From the NCBI GenBank assembly GCA_002010065.2, contig MTMD02000014.1, forward strand, positions 96,001 through 160,000: a stretch of DNA of 64,000 nucleotides, read 5' to 3'. Position 1 is the first letter of the stretch. Every line of letters starts with the position of its first letter. The position numbers and the translations under genes were made by a program. A model generated the notes under the pieces. That model was not told the DNA's origin, searched no databases, and worked only from the letters and a program-made list of their open reading frames with translations. Below, piece by piece: positions 1-9,659 of this stretch. This DNA comes from Candidatus Pyrohabitans jungbluthii. Its GTDB lineage: Archaea; Hydrothermarchaeota; Hydrothermarchaeia; Hydrothermarchaeales; BMS3B.

Positions 1-140
1 AGGTGGAGCAGTCGGTTAAGCAGGCGATCGAAGCGGGCGTCGACGGTGTAATGCCAGGATGCGACATCTGGCCCGAGGTGCCCGAGGATAACATGCATGC
101 GCTCATAAAAGCTGTGGAAAAATACGGCGCAAAAAGCTGA
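1..140 (+). CDS. C-terminal fragment of an MtaA/CmuA-family (UroD superfamily) corrinoid methyltransferase; 5' end lies outside the window
   Basis: Manual translation from nt 3: VEQSVKQAIEAGVDGVMPGCDIWPEVPEDNMHALIKAVEKYGAKS*. The PGC-x5-P-x-(E/D)N motif is typical of the MtaA/UroD C-terminus, and a corrinoid protein follows directly. Confidence 0.8.
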   Translation, partial: VEQSVKQAIEAGVDGVMPGCDIWPEVPEDNMHALIKAVEKYGAKS

Positions 141-152
141 GAGGTGAGGAAG

Positions 153-830
153 ATGACCGAGGACAAGAAGCAGCTTCTGGAAGAGATAAGGAAGGCAGTT
201 ATAGAATTCGACGAAGACCGCGTGAAGGAGCTTGCCAACAAGTGGATTGAGCTGGGCTATGATGCCAACGAGGCAATTTTTGAGGGCTTGGCCGCGGGCA
301 TGGAGGTTGTGGGCGATCTATTCGCAAAGAACGAGTACTTCGTGCCCGAGGTGCTCATGTGCGCCGATGCGCTCTACGCAGGCCTCGACATTCTGCGCCC
401 CCACATAAAGGCGGAGGATAAGACGGAAACTAAAGGCGTGGTGGTAATAGGCACCGTGGAGGGCGACGTGCACGACATAGGTAAGAACCTGGTGAAGCTC
501 ATGTTCGAGGTTGCAGGCTTTGAGGTGCACGACCTCGGCAAAGACGTACCCCTGGAGAAGTTCGTTGAGGAGCAGCTAAAGACAGACGCAGACCTCGTGT
601 GCCTCTCAGCGATGATGACTACCACAATGCCAGGGATGAAGAAAGTTATTGAGATGCTTCGCGAGCGCAACCCGAATGTTAAGATCATGATTGGCGGTGC
701 CCCAGTGTCGGAGAAGACAGTGGAGATGTACGGTGCCGACGCCACGGGCAAGGACGCTGCAAGCGCCCTTGAAGAGGCTATAAAGATGGTTGCCTCGCTT
801 AGAGAGATGAAGAGGAAGAAGGAGATCTGA
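153..830 (+). CDS. Methyltransferase cognate corrinoid protein (MtaC/MtoC-like)
   Basis: N-terminal cap domain (YFVPEVLMCADA), B12-binding motif GDVHDIGKN, then SAMMTTT and IGGAP. GAGGTG RBS precedes ATG at 153. Confidence 0.95.
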   Translation: MTEDKKQLLEEIRKAVIEFDEDRVKELANKWIELGYDANEAIFEGLAAGMEVVGDLFAKNEYFVPEVLMCADALYAGLDILRPHIKAEDKTETKGVVVIGTVEGDVHDIGKNLVKLMFEVAGFEVHDLGKDVPLEKFVEEQLKTDADLVCLSAMMTTTMPGMKKVIEMLRERNPNVKIMIGGAPVSEKTVEMYGADATGKDAASALEEAIKMVASLREMKRKKEI

Positions 831-839
831 GGTGCTGTG

Positions 840-2777
840 ATGAAGTACAAGGTGATCTTCCAGCCCTCGGGGCGCAGAGGGGAAATAGAGGAGGGCAAGA
901 CCCTCCGTGAGGCTGCGATTGAGCTGGGTGTGGGCATAGAGCAGGTGTGCGGCGGCAACAAGGTTTGCGGAAAGTGCAAGGTTCAGATTCAGGAAGGCTA
1001 CTTTGCAAAGTTCGATGTCCACTCCAGCATGAACAACCTCTCGCCCATAGGCAAGGAAGAGCTCAGGCTTCTTAATGAAGAGGAGGTTAAGAACAACTAT
1101 CGCCTAGCCTGTGCTGCCCGCGTGCAGGGCGATGTGCTTGTGTTTGTGCCTGAGGAGAGCCGTGTTGGCGGGCAGATTGTGAGGAAGGCAGCGGGCGAGA
1201 TAAACATTGAGCTCGACCCTGCAGTGCGGAAGTACTACGTCGAGCTACCTCCTCCCACCCTGGAGGACCCTGAGGGAGACTATGAGCGCCTGATGCGCGC
1301 CCTCAAGGAGCAGCACGGTCTCGAGGGCTTGAGCATGGACTACCATGCTCTTAGGGCTCTGCCGTTGGCGCTGAGAGAGGGCAAGTGGAAGGTCACCGTA
1401 ACAGTGTGGAACGATCGAGAGATAATAGGCGTGGAGCCGGGCTATAACGACCGCACCCTGGGCATAGCCTTCGACGTGGGAACGACGACGGTGGTGGGCT
1501 ACCTCACCGACATTAACACCGGCAAGGTTATCGCCATAGACTCCATGATGAATCCGCAGGTAAGCTTCGGCGAAGACGTGATGGCGCGCATCACCTATGC
1601 TATGGAGCACGAAGATGGGCTGCAGAAGATGCATGAGGCAATCATCGGAGGGATAAACAAGATCATCTCAAACCTGTGCAATAAGGCTCAAGTTGGAGTG
1701 GAGGAAATTTCAGAGATAGTGCTCGTGGGCAACACTGCAATGCACCACATATACCTGAACATCTACCCGGAGTACCTCGGCGTATCACCCTTTACGCCCG
1801 CGGTGCACCGCAGCCTAGACATAAAGGCGAGGGACCTCAACATCAAGGCGGCGCCCGGCGCTAATGTGCACGTCCTGCCAATAGAGGCAGGCTTCGTAGG
1901 CGCCGACAACATGGGTGTGGTTGTAGCCCTTGAGCCCGAGAAGAAGGACGACATCTGGCTCATCATAGACATAGGCACCAACGGCGAGATAGTGCTGGGC
2001 AACAAGGACAAACTGCTCTCGACTAGCTGCGCTACAGGTCCAGCGTTTGAGGGTGCGCAGATTACGCACGGCATGAGAGCAGCGCCCGGAGCGATAGAGC
2101 GCGTGCGCATTGACCCGGAGACAAAGGAGCCCCGCTACAAGGTCATAGGCAAGGAAGAGTGGAGCGACGAAGTTAAGAGCGAGGCTCGCGGAATATGCGG
2201 CTCGGGTATAATAGAAGTAGTGGCAGAGATGTTCAAGGCTGGCATTATAAAGAACAGCGGCGTCTTCAATACCAAGCTCGACACCCCGCGTATACGCAAA
2301 GGCGAAAACGGCCAGCCAGAGTATGTGCTCGCCTGGGCGGATGAGACTGCGATAGGCAAGGACATAACCGTTACCCAGAGCGACGTGCGCGCGGTTCAGT
2401 TAGCGAAGGGCGCACTGTACACCGGCTGCAAGATTCTCATGAAGCGCTATGGCATAGATGCTGTGGACAAGGTGATTCTCGCTGGAGCCTTCGGAAGCTA
2501 CATAGATAAAGAAGCCAGCATGGTCATAGGCATGTTCCCGGACTGCGATCTGGACAAGGTTGTAGCCGTGGGCAACGCCGCCGGCGATGGCGCGCGTATA
2601 GCGCTGCTCAACCGTAGGAAGCGCGAGGAGGCTAACGCCGTAGCGAGGCGCATAAAGTACATTGAGCTTACAGTGGACCCCGACTTCCAGACGGAGTTCA
2701 TGCAGGCGATGTACTTCCCACACATGAAGGACAAGTTCCCCCACATCCAGCACATCCTTGATAAGATACCCAAGTAG
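840..2777 (+). CDS. ATP-dependent reductive activator of corrinoid proteins (RACo/RamA-like; 2Fe-2S plus ASKHA/DUF4445)
   Basis: N-terminal CGGNKVCGKC...RLAC 2Fe-2S motif. ASKHA motifs DVGTTT, DIGTNGE, ATGPAFEG, GICGSG, LAGAFG and GNAA. Confidence 0.93.
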   Translation: MKYKVIFQPSGRRGEIEEGKTLREAAIELGVGIEQVCGGNKVCGKCKVQIQEGYFAKFDVHSSMNNLSPIGKEELRLLNEEEVKNNYRLACAARVQGDVLVFVPEESRVGGQIVRKAAGEINIELDPAVRKYYVELPPPTLEDPEGDYERLMRALKEQHGLEGLSMDYHALRALPLALREGKWKVTVTVWNDREIIGVEPGYNDRTLGIAFDVGTTTVVGYLTDINTGKVIAIDSMMNPQVSFGEDVMARITYAMEHEDGLQKMHEAIIGGINKIISNLCNKAQVGVEEISEIVLVGNTAMHHIYLNIYPEYLGVSPFTPAVHRSLDIKARDLNIKAAPGANVHVLPIEAGFVGADNMGVVVALEPEKKDDIWLIIDIGTNGEIVLGNKDKLLSTSCATGPAFEGAQITHGMRAAPGAIERVRIDPETKEPRYKVIGKEEWSDEVKSEARGICGSGIIEVVAEMFKAGIIKNSGVFNTKLDTPRIRKGENGQPEYVLAWADETAIGKDITVTQSDVRAVQLAKGALYTGCKILMKRYGIDAVDKVILAGAFGSYIDKEASMVIGMFPDCDLDKVVAVGNAAGDGARIALLNRRKREEANAVARRIKYIELTVDPDFQTEFMQAMYFPHMKDKFPHIQHILDKIPK

Positions 2778-3770
2778 GTGAGTAAAGTGTTCAGCCTGAA
2801 TAATAAGAATCAGAAGGTCGTGAAGATAGGGAATGTGAAGTTCGGCGGGCGCCCTGGGGAGAATCCCACAGTGCTCATCGGCACAATGTTCTACAACGGT
2901 CACAAAATCCTCGGCTCCCGCAAAAAGGGCGAGTTCGACAAGAAGCGAGCTGAAGAGCTAATAAACCGCCAGGAGGAGCTGAGCGACGCCACAGGCGTGC
3001 CCTGCATGCTTGACATAGTTGCCACATTTGGCGAAGAGGCAAAGCGCTACATCGACTTCGTGGCAGAGGTTACAGACATGCCCTTCTCCACAGATATATG
3101 GACAGAGCAGCCCAAGGTGGAGGCGGCGCAGTACATCGCTGAGGTAGGGCTTCAGGATCGCCACCTGTACAACAGCCTTGCACCATGGGCGAAAGACCCA
3201 GAGTATGAGGTAAACGAGCTGAGCAAGCTTGGTTTGAAGAATGTTCTGCTCGTTGCCTTCAACATGCAGAACCCCACGCCCCAGGGCAGGGTGGAGCTTG
3301 TCAAGGATGTTCTGCTCCCGCGGGCAGAGAAAGCTGGATTCAAGAATATCCTGGTAGACACATCGCTTATGAGTATCCCCTCCTCTCCCTTCTCCTTTTT
3401 GGGAAGCAGGCTGGTCAAGGAGGAGCTGGGCTTTCCAGTGGGCTGCGCTCCCTCGAACGGCACAGACTTGGTTAAGAAGGACGCAGAGGCTAAGTGGGGC
3501 AAGCTCGGCTTCGTGGGCATAGACAGCGCTGCCCATGCGCTGGGCGCAGTCTTCTGGAGCGACTTCCTGCTCTATGGCCCAATAGAGAGCGCCCCATGGA
3601 TATTCCCAGCCATAGCCAACGCCAATGCGATGCTGGCAACCTTCGTCTACGACGAAATCGGCGAGCTTCCAGCGAGCGAGAACCATCCGATATACAAGTT
3701 CTACCAAGACTTCGTGAATGAGCTCAAAGCTGGCAAGGCTTCGCTCAAGGAAATGGAGGCGGAAGGATAG
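2778..3770 (+). CDS. MtrH-family methylcorrinoid:pterin methyltransferase (MtoA/MtgA/CmuB-like, stand-alone)
   Basis: GGRPGENPTVLIGTMFYNGHKI, LYNSL, PVGCAPSN and DFLLYGPIESA are MtrH-family motifs. No other mtr subunits are adjacent. Confidence 0.9.
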   Translation: MSKVFSLNNKNQKVVKIGNVKFGGRPGENPTVLIGTMFYNGHKILGSRKKGEFDKKRAEELINRQEELSDATGVPCMLDIVATFGEEAKRYIDFVAEVTDMPFSTDIWTEQPKVEAAQYIAEVGLQDRHLYNSLAPWAKDPEYEVNELSKLGLKNVLLVAFNMQNPTPQGRVELVKDVLLPRAEKAGFKNILVDTSLMSIPSSPFSFLGSRLVKEELGFPVGCAPSNGTDLVKKDAEAKWGKLGFVGIDSAAHALGAVFWSDFLLYGPIESAPWIFPAIANANAMLATFVYDEIGELPASENHPIYKFYQDFVNELKAGKASLKEMEAEG

Positions 3771-3777
3771 CTTAGCC

Positions 3778-4527
3778 ATGGAGTACATGGTGATTCCCCC
3801 TGCCCTGAAAACACATTTTTATTTTATTGCCCTTATTTTGTCTTTTGTTTTTTTGACGGGGGTTGGCTTCAAGATAATGCTTATATCCAGCACTCGAGAC
3901 ACAACTGGCAGGCTCTCTATCTTTAGGATCGCTTGGATGAGCCTCACTTCCCTTTTCTCCCCAGAATGCCTTCTCGCCAGGCGGGTTTTTCCAAGGAGCT
4001 GGCTTCGCGGCGCAATGCTCGTGCTCATAATATGGAGCTTTCTGCTAATCATAGCCGGCGGTGTGCTGAGCTATTCTTCTCGCTTGGTCGGGGTCCCGCT
4101 CCGCTCCACCTATCACCTCCTCAGCCTTTCCGTTGACACCGCCGGCTTTCTTCTTCTATTAGGCGTGCTCTACGCCATCGCAAGGCGATATTTGCTCGCA
4201 AGGGAAGAAGTGTTCACCATGCCAGAGGACGGCGTCTTCCTCGGCTTATTTCTTCTTATCCTGCTCTCCGGCTTTGCTGTTGAAGGTGCGAGGCTGGCGA
4301 TAACATCTGCCAGCGACGCGTACTCGCCTTTTGGAAGCCTCGTGGCGGAGCTGCTCTCCCCAGCAACCTTAGAAATGCAGGGGAAGGTATTCGTCTACGC
4401 CAAGCTTTTGCACTTCACCGCAGCCTTTGCCCTTCTCGCATATATCCCCTTCTCAAAGGCGATGCACATGTTTGCAGCGCAAATCACCACACGCTTTGCA
4501 AAAGAAAAAGAGAGGCTGTATTATTAA
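3778..4527 (+). CDS. NarI/HdrE/DsrM-like cytochrome-b-type membrane protein, possibly degenerate
   Basis: About 5 TM segments, YAIARRY, LLSGFAVEGARLA, and C-terminal LLHFTAAFALLAYIPFSKAMHMF (H...IPFSK.MH motif). Confidence 0.75.
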   Translation: MEYMVIPPALKTHFYFIALILSFVFLTGVGFKIMLISSTRDTTGRLSIFRIAWMSLTSLFSPECLLARRVFPRSWLRGAMLVLIIWSFLLIIAGGVLSYSSRLVGVPLRSTYHLLSLSVDTAGFLLLLGVLYAIARRYLLAREEVFTMPEDGVFLGLFLLILLSGFAVEGARLAITSASDAYSPFGSLVAELLSPATLEMQGKVFVYAKLLHFTAAFALLAYIPFSKAMHMFAAQITTRFAKEKERLYY

Positions 4528-4842
4528 TCACCTCTCAAACTCCATCCTCACCGCCTTGGGCGTCGCTGCACCAGTTTCAATCTCCACGGCGCGAATAACT
4601 GCCGCCGGTACAGGGCAGCCGGGATGTAGCCTCGCACGAGTAGCCGCCTGGTAAATTGCCGAGTCGCACATGCCGACGAGAACTTCCTTCGTCCAGTCGA
4701 GGCTCTTAACATCCTCTGCAAACGTTTTAACCTTCTCGCACCCCGAGGTTATGCGTATCTCCACTCTCTTTCCGTGCCTCTCAACGCTTATGCGGGTTAC
4801 AAACTTACAGGAACCGGCGTCTACCTCTGCTCGCGTCGTCAT
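4528..4842 (-). CDS. Small Cys-containing conserved protein (DUF6951-like), often near corrinoid methyltransferase genes
   Basis: AGSCKF.T.I, TSGCEKV and HPGCPVPAAVIRAVEIE pattern; coupled to the upstream CobW-like gene. Confidence 0.6.
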   Translation of the reverse strand: MTTRAEVDAGSCKFVTRISVERHGKRVEIRITSGCEKVKTFAEDVKSLDWTKEVLVGMCDSAIYQAATRARLHPGCPVPAAVIRAVEIETGAATPKAVRMEFER

Positions 4843-4843
4843 C

Positions 4844-5719
4844 CTATACCTCCAGAATCCTCTTTAACGCCTCCTTGTCAATCTTGCTGCCTATAGCCAC
4901 GAAGCTTGGCTCCGCCTCAGAGGGAAGCTCCTCTCTGCTAACCCTCCCCGAGGAAAGGTCATAGTACCAGCTTTTTCCGCCTGCTCTGAAGATCCCCTTC
5001 GCCCTTATCACCCTTCCAAACTCTCCACGCTTAAGCCTCTCAAAAAGCTCGTCGGCTTCATCAGTACTCATCTCTCTGGGCTTAGCCGAGAAGGAGTCGA
5101 AGAGCAGGTGGACGCCCTCGCTTACCCTGACTTCAACGCCGGGAAGCTTCTCAGGGAGCGTCACCTCACCGAAGGAGGAGCGAAGCACCAGAGCTGAGGG
5201 GTTTATCTCCCTCACTGTGCGCTCTACATTGAGAATCCCCTTCTCGCTGACTAGGTCCACCTTGTTTATTACCACCGCCGAAGCGTTGGCTATGGCATCT
5301 CGATAAAGGTGCTGAAAGGTCTCAAGGGGGTACAGCTCTGAGAAGGCGCTGGCGTCGATCACGCTTATCACGCCCTCAAGTTCGGCGATGCCTTTAAGGT
5401 GGGGCTCCTGTAGAGCTTCTACGATGCTGGAGGTCATAGAAACGCCAGAGGGTTCCAGGAACACCCTCTCGGGTGAAAATCTCTCCCTCAGCTCGGTGAG
5501 GGTCTCGCTGAGGTCTGCGCGCAGTGTGCAGCACACGCACCCGCTGGCAAGCTCTGCAACCTCTAGCTTGCCTGAACTCGAAACCAGCTCGCGATCTATA
5601 CCAACATCGCCGAACTCATTGACTATTACGGCAGTCTTCGAGTCTGCGTTTGAGATAATTCTACGTATTAGCGTTGTCTTTCCAGCTCCGAGAAAGCCAG
5701 AAATTACAGTAAGCTTCAT
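4844..5719 (-). CDS. COG0523/CobW-family G3E metallochaperone GTPase
   Basis: SGFLGAGKTT, NEFGDVGID, GCVCC, EPSG, INKVD and C-terminal IRAKG motifs. Confidence 0.92.
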   Translation of the reverse strand: MKLTVISGFLGAGKTTLIRRIISNADSKTAVIVNEFGDVGIDRELVSSSGKLEVAELASGCVCCTLRADLSETLTELRERFSPERVFLEPSGVSMTSSIVEALQEPHLKGIAELEGVISVIDASAFSELYPLETFQHLYRDAIANASAVVINKVDLVSEKGILNVERTVREINPSALVLRSSFGEVTLPEKLPGVEVRVSEGVHLLFDSFSAKPREMSTDEADELFERLKRGEFGRVIRAKGIFRAGGKSWYYDLSSGRVSREELPSEAEPSFVAIGSKIDKEALKRILEV

Positions 5720-5887
5720 CCTCTTAGATTAGAAGAGCAACGAGGTTAAGGTTGAAATTCAAATATCATTTATAACTGCTTGGAATAGCCTCGCCGTATT
5801 TCAAGAAGGCTCATGCCGCCTTTAAAAGTTCTAAAATAGTTGATGCTGATTTCTGAGCAAAAATAGAAAAGAGATAGAAGATGAAGC

Positions 5888-7171
5888 TCACGCAAACATG
5901 AGCTCATTTGAGCCGAGCTTGCTCGCTGTCTGCTCTATCTTGCCCATCACCTTGCTTATAGCGTGCTGGAAGTCTAGGAAGGTTACCTCATTGCGGTCCT
6001 CGCGTATGGCAAACATCCCGGCTTCGGTGCAGATCGCTTTGATGTCTGCGCCCGTAGCACCCTCGGTTAGTGCCGCAAGCTCTTCCATGCTCACATCGCT
6101 GCTCAGGTTCATTCTCCTCGTATGAATAGCGAATATCTGCGCTCTACCCTTCTCGTCCGGCAGGGGAATCTCTATCAGGCGATCGAACCTGCCCGGGCGG
6201 AGTATGGCCGGGTCGAGTATGTCAGGGCGATTTGTAGCCGCGATAATGCGCACATCGCCACGGGCATCGAAGCCATCCATCTCTGCCAGGAGCTGCATAA
6301 GGGTGCGCTGCACCTCGCGGTCGCCGCTGGTGAGCGAGTCTGTGCGCCTGGCTGCGATGGCATCTATCTCGTCGATAAACACTATGCTGGGCGCCTTCTC
6401 CTTTGCGAGCTGGAAAAGCTCTCTTACTAGGCGAGCGCCCTCGCCTATATACTTGCGCACAAGTTCAGAGCCGATAAGCTTTATGAATACTGAGTTTGTC
6501 TCCCTCGCCACAGCCTTGGCGATGAGCGTCTTACCAGTGCCCGGCGGGCCGTAGAGTAGCACGCCCTTCGGCGGGTCTATCCCCACCTTCTCGAAGGCCT
6601 CAGGCTTGAGCAGGGGCAGTTCCACAGTCTCGCGTATCTCCTGAATCTGCTTCTCAAGCCCGCCTATATCGGAATAGCTCTCCTCAGGCTTCTCCACAAT
6701 CTCCATCGCGAGCACCGCGGGGTCCTTCTCCATAGGTAGGACGTCCACAACTGCTAAGCTCTGCTGGTTCATCGCCACCCTGGCGCCGGGCACAAGCTTA
6801 CTCCTGTCTATAAACTGGGAGGTGTTCACCAGGAACGTTGGGCCAGAGGTGCTCCTCACAACCAGCTTGCCGCTATCGAGGACATCTACTATGGTTCCTA
6901 TAATCAGCGGCATGGAGCGCAGCCTCTCAAGCTCTGAGCGAAGCCTGCGAATTTCTCGCTCCATCTGGATGCGCTCGCTCTCCAGCATGCGCTTTCTGTC
7001 CTCTAACCAGCGCAGTCGCTGTGCATAGCCGCTCTTTATGCGGTTGTTCTCATTTTTAAGCTGAACGCACTCCCGTTCAAGCTCGCGCACCTTGCTGAGA
7101 AGGTACTGGGTTATGTCCTCCCCATTCTCCGGGTTTATCTTATCGTCTTTAACTTCCTCGCTCATTTTCAT
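5888..7171 (-). CDS. pan: Proteasome-activating nucleotidase (AAA+)
   Basis: N-terminal coiled coil and OB fold, [27 protein letters not shown]-terminal HbYX-like MFA. Confidence 0.97.
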   Translation of the reverse strand: MKMSEEVKDDKINPENGEDITQYLLSKVRELERECVQLKNENNRIKSGYAQRLRWLEDRKRMLESERIQMEREIRRLRSELERLRSMPLIIGTIVDVLDSGKLVVRSTSGPTFLVNTSQFIDRSKLVPGARVAMNQQSLAVVDVLPMEKDPAVLAMEIVEKPEESYSDIGGLEKQIQEIRETVELPLLKPEAFEKVGIDPPKGVLLYGPPGTGKTLIAKAVARETNSVFIKLIGSELVRKYIGEGARLVRELFQLAKEKAPSIVFIDEIDAIAARRTDSLTSGDREVQRTLMQLLAEMDGFDARGDVRIIAATNRPDILDPAILRPGRFDRLIEIPLPDEKGRAQIFAIHTRRMNLSSDVSMEELAALTEGATGADIKAICTEAGMFAIREDRNEVTFLDFQHAISKVMGKIEQTASKLGSNELMFA

Positions 7172-7258
7172 CTTCCTATAATATATTTTTCGGTGGAGTT
7201 AAATATCTATCGCCTGTATATTCAGCGGCTTTTAACCATCGCATATCCAATTGCAAAA

Positions 7259-8440
7259 TCAGGCGAGCAAAAGGCGGTTGAAGCTTGTGGCCTCTATTAA
7301 ACCCAGGCTACCAGCGCTGCACGCGCGCTCTGAGAAGCTCTCCACACTGTCGCCACGCAGCCTTGGCGAGAGTACAGCGAAAGGCACTGGCTCAGAGGTG
7401 TGGGTTTTCACCCTTATCGGCGTAGGATGGTCTGGCAGCACGGCGATGGCAGTGTCGTCGTTTAAATTATCAAGAAGCCTGCCTATGAGCTTTTCATCCA
7501 GGTCTTCTATTGCTTTAATCTTCATCTCCACGCTGCCCTCATGCCCAGCCTCGTCAGGCGCTTCAACGTGGATGTAGCAGTAGTCTACACTTTCAAGAGC
7601 CTTGAGGGCGTACTCCGCCTTGGCTGCATAGTCAGTATCGTAGTAGCCCGTGGCACCAGGCACATGCACAACCCGCATTCCAGCTAAGCAAGCGATGCCC
7701 CGAATCAGGTCCACAGCCGAGATAACCGCTCCCTCTACTCCGTACTTCTCGGAAAAGGGCTCAAGCTCTGGCTTTCTCCCCTGTCCCCAGAGCCACACCA
7801 TGTTCGCAGGCCTCTTACCCTGCTCCACCCTCTTCAGATTAACCTCATGCTCAGTGAGCACCTCCCTTGAGCGGAGCATCATCTCGTTGAGCTTCGCCGC
7901 GCTCTCGTTCTGTCGTGGCTTGAGCAGATAATCATCTATGCTCTCCCCAACTATATCGTGGGGAGGCGTCGCCCTGAGCTCCTCGCCGAAGGAGCACACA
8001 AAGAGGTTGCGGTAGCTCACCCCTGGATAAAACTTTCCAAAGGGTGCAATCTCAGCCTCGTTCAACGCAGAGAGCAGCGCTTTGGCTTCCTCGCTGCTCA
8101 CATGCCCTGCGGTGAAGTCGGCAATTTTACCATTCTCCACTGTTATCAGGTTGCACCTGAAGGCGACGTCGCCCGGGCCAAGCTCAACGCCTATACTCGC
8201 TGCCTCAAGGGGACCCCGCCCCGTGTACACCCTTCGCGGGTCGTAGCCTAGGATAGCCAGGTTAGCGATGTCGGAGCCCGCGTCCATGCCTTTGGGGATA
8301 GTGCGAATCATACCTGTGGCGCCTTTCCTGGCTATATAATCCATATTGGGCGTATTCGCCTCCTCCAGGGGTGTTTTCCCGCCAAGCTCTTCCAGCGGGT
8401 AATCCGCCATTCCGTCGCCCACTACCACGAGGTACTTCAT
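7259..8440 (-). CDS. apgM: Cofactor-independent phosphoglycerate mutase family (ApgM; proposed alternative homoserine kinase subtype)
   Basis: GDGMAD...KTPLE, GSDIAN, RGPLEA, HVEAPDEAGH and PDHPTP motifs; operonic with thrC. Confidence 0.9.
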   Translation of the reverse strand: MKYLVVVGDGMADYPLEELGGKTPLEEANTPNMDYIARKGATGMIRTIPKGMDAGSDIANLAILGYDPRRVYTGRGPLEAASIGVELGPGDVAFRCNLITVENGKIADFTAGHVSSEEAKALLSALNEAEIAPFGKFYPGVSYRNLFVCSFGEELRATPPHDIVGESIDDYLLKPRQNESAAKLNEMMLRSREVLTEHEVNLKRVEQGKRPANMVWLWGQGRKPELEPFSEKYGVEGAVISAVDLIRGIACLAGMRVVHVPGATGYYDTDYAAKAEYALKALESVDYCYIHVEAPDEAGHEGSVEMKIKAIEDLDEKLIGRLLDNLNDDTAIAVLPDHPTPIRVKTHTSEPVPFAVLSPRLRGDSVESFSERACSAGSLGLIEATSFNRLLLA

Positions 8441-8444
8441 TGCC

Positions 8445-9659
8445 TCACCCGTTGATGACCTTCTCCAGCGCCTCTATACTTGGCTCTATCTCAATGGGCT
8501 TCTCGTAACGATGGAAGATTATCTCCGGGTCTTTGAGCGCATGCCCTGTGGTCACGCAAACAATGCGCTCGCTTCTGTCTATTTCGCCTGCTTCCACAAG
8601 TTTCTTTAGCCCGGCGACGCTGGCAGCACTCGCGGGTTCAACGCCAACGCCAAGCTTGCGCGCCAGTAACTTCTGTGCTTCGATTATCTCCTCGTCAGTA
8701 ACGCTCTCCGCAATTCCACGACTCTCCTTCAGGGCGAGAAGCGCCTTAGGCGCATTCACGGGTGCGCCTATTCTTATCGCCGTGGCGATTGTCTCAGGCT
8801 TGGGCTCAGGGGTGACGCTGCTTTCACCAGCTTTGAAAGCTCTGACGAGAGGTGAAGCTCCTTCAGCTTGAATACCAGTCATCACGGGCAGTTCATCTAT
8901 AAGCCCAAGCTCATGGAACTCCTTGAAACCCTTCCATATCGCCGAGATGTTTCCGCAGTTGCCCACGGGTACGACTACTCGATCGGGAGCCTCGAAACCG
9001 AGCTGGTCGGCGATCTCAAAAGCTTCGCTCTTCTGCCCCTCTAAGCGCCACGGATTTATAGAGTTGAGCAGGTAGATATTGTGCTTTGCGCATATCTCAC
9101 GTACCAGCTTGAGTGCGACGTCGAAATTGGCTTTAATTCCCACAACGATGGCGCCATGCAGCAGCGCCTGGGCGAGCTTTCCTATGGCGATTTTTCCCGC
9201 TGGAAGAAGTACAAGGCATTTAATGCCTGCCTTTGCTGCATAGGCTGCTAGCGATGCTGAGGTGTTGCCCGTGGAAGCGCAGCCAACCGCCGTTGCCCCA
9301 AGCTCCAGTGCCTTGGTAACGCCAACTGTCATCCCGCGGTCCTTAAATGAGCCCGTGGGATTGGCACCCTCGTTCTTTATATAAAGCTCCTTGACTCCAA
9401 TCTCCTCAGCGATGGTATCGGCTCTGTACAGGGGGGTTCCACCCTCATTGAGACTAACCACCCTCGTGTAATCCTCCACAGGCATCAGCTCGCGGTACCG
9501 CCACAGGTTGAAAGCACGGCTTTCAATCTCAGCTTTTGTTACTGAAATCTCGCTCAGGTCGAAAACGACCTCGAGCAGCCCCGAGCAGCGAGGGCACTGG
9601 TATATGACCTCTCTGCGGTCGTAAACCTCTCCGCATGCGATGCATCTAAGATGGAACAT
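8445..9659 (-). CDS. thrC: Threonine synthase
   Basis: N-terminal Zn ribbon, NPTGSFKDRG (PLP Lys), CASTGNTSAS, PVGNCGN, EPASA, TGHALKD. Confidence 0.96.
   Translation of the reverse strand: MFHLRCIACGEVYDRREVIYQCPRCSGLLEVVFDLSEISVTKAEIESRAFNLWRYRELMPVEDYTRVVSLNEGGTPLYRADTIAEEIGVKELYIKNEGANPTGSFKDRGMTVGVTKALELGATAVGCASTGNTSASLAAYAAKAGIKCLVLLPAGKIAIGKLAQALLHGAIVVGIKANFDVALKLVREICAKHNIYLLNSINPWRLEGQKSEAFEIADQLGFEAPDRVVVPVGNCGNISAIWKGFKEFHELGLIDELPVMTGIQAEGASPLVRAFKAGESSVTPEPKPETIATAIRIGAPVNAPKALLALKESRGIAESVTDEEIIEAQKLLARKLGVGVEPASAASVAGLKKLVEAGEIDRSERIVCVTTGHALKDPEIIFHRYEKPIEIEPSIEALEKVING

Noticed and set aside
2778-3770. MtrH as evidence for methanogenesis
   Set aside because: No mtrA-G or mcr genes are present. 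Stand-alone MtrH homologues act as soluble methyltransferases in non-methanogens too.
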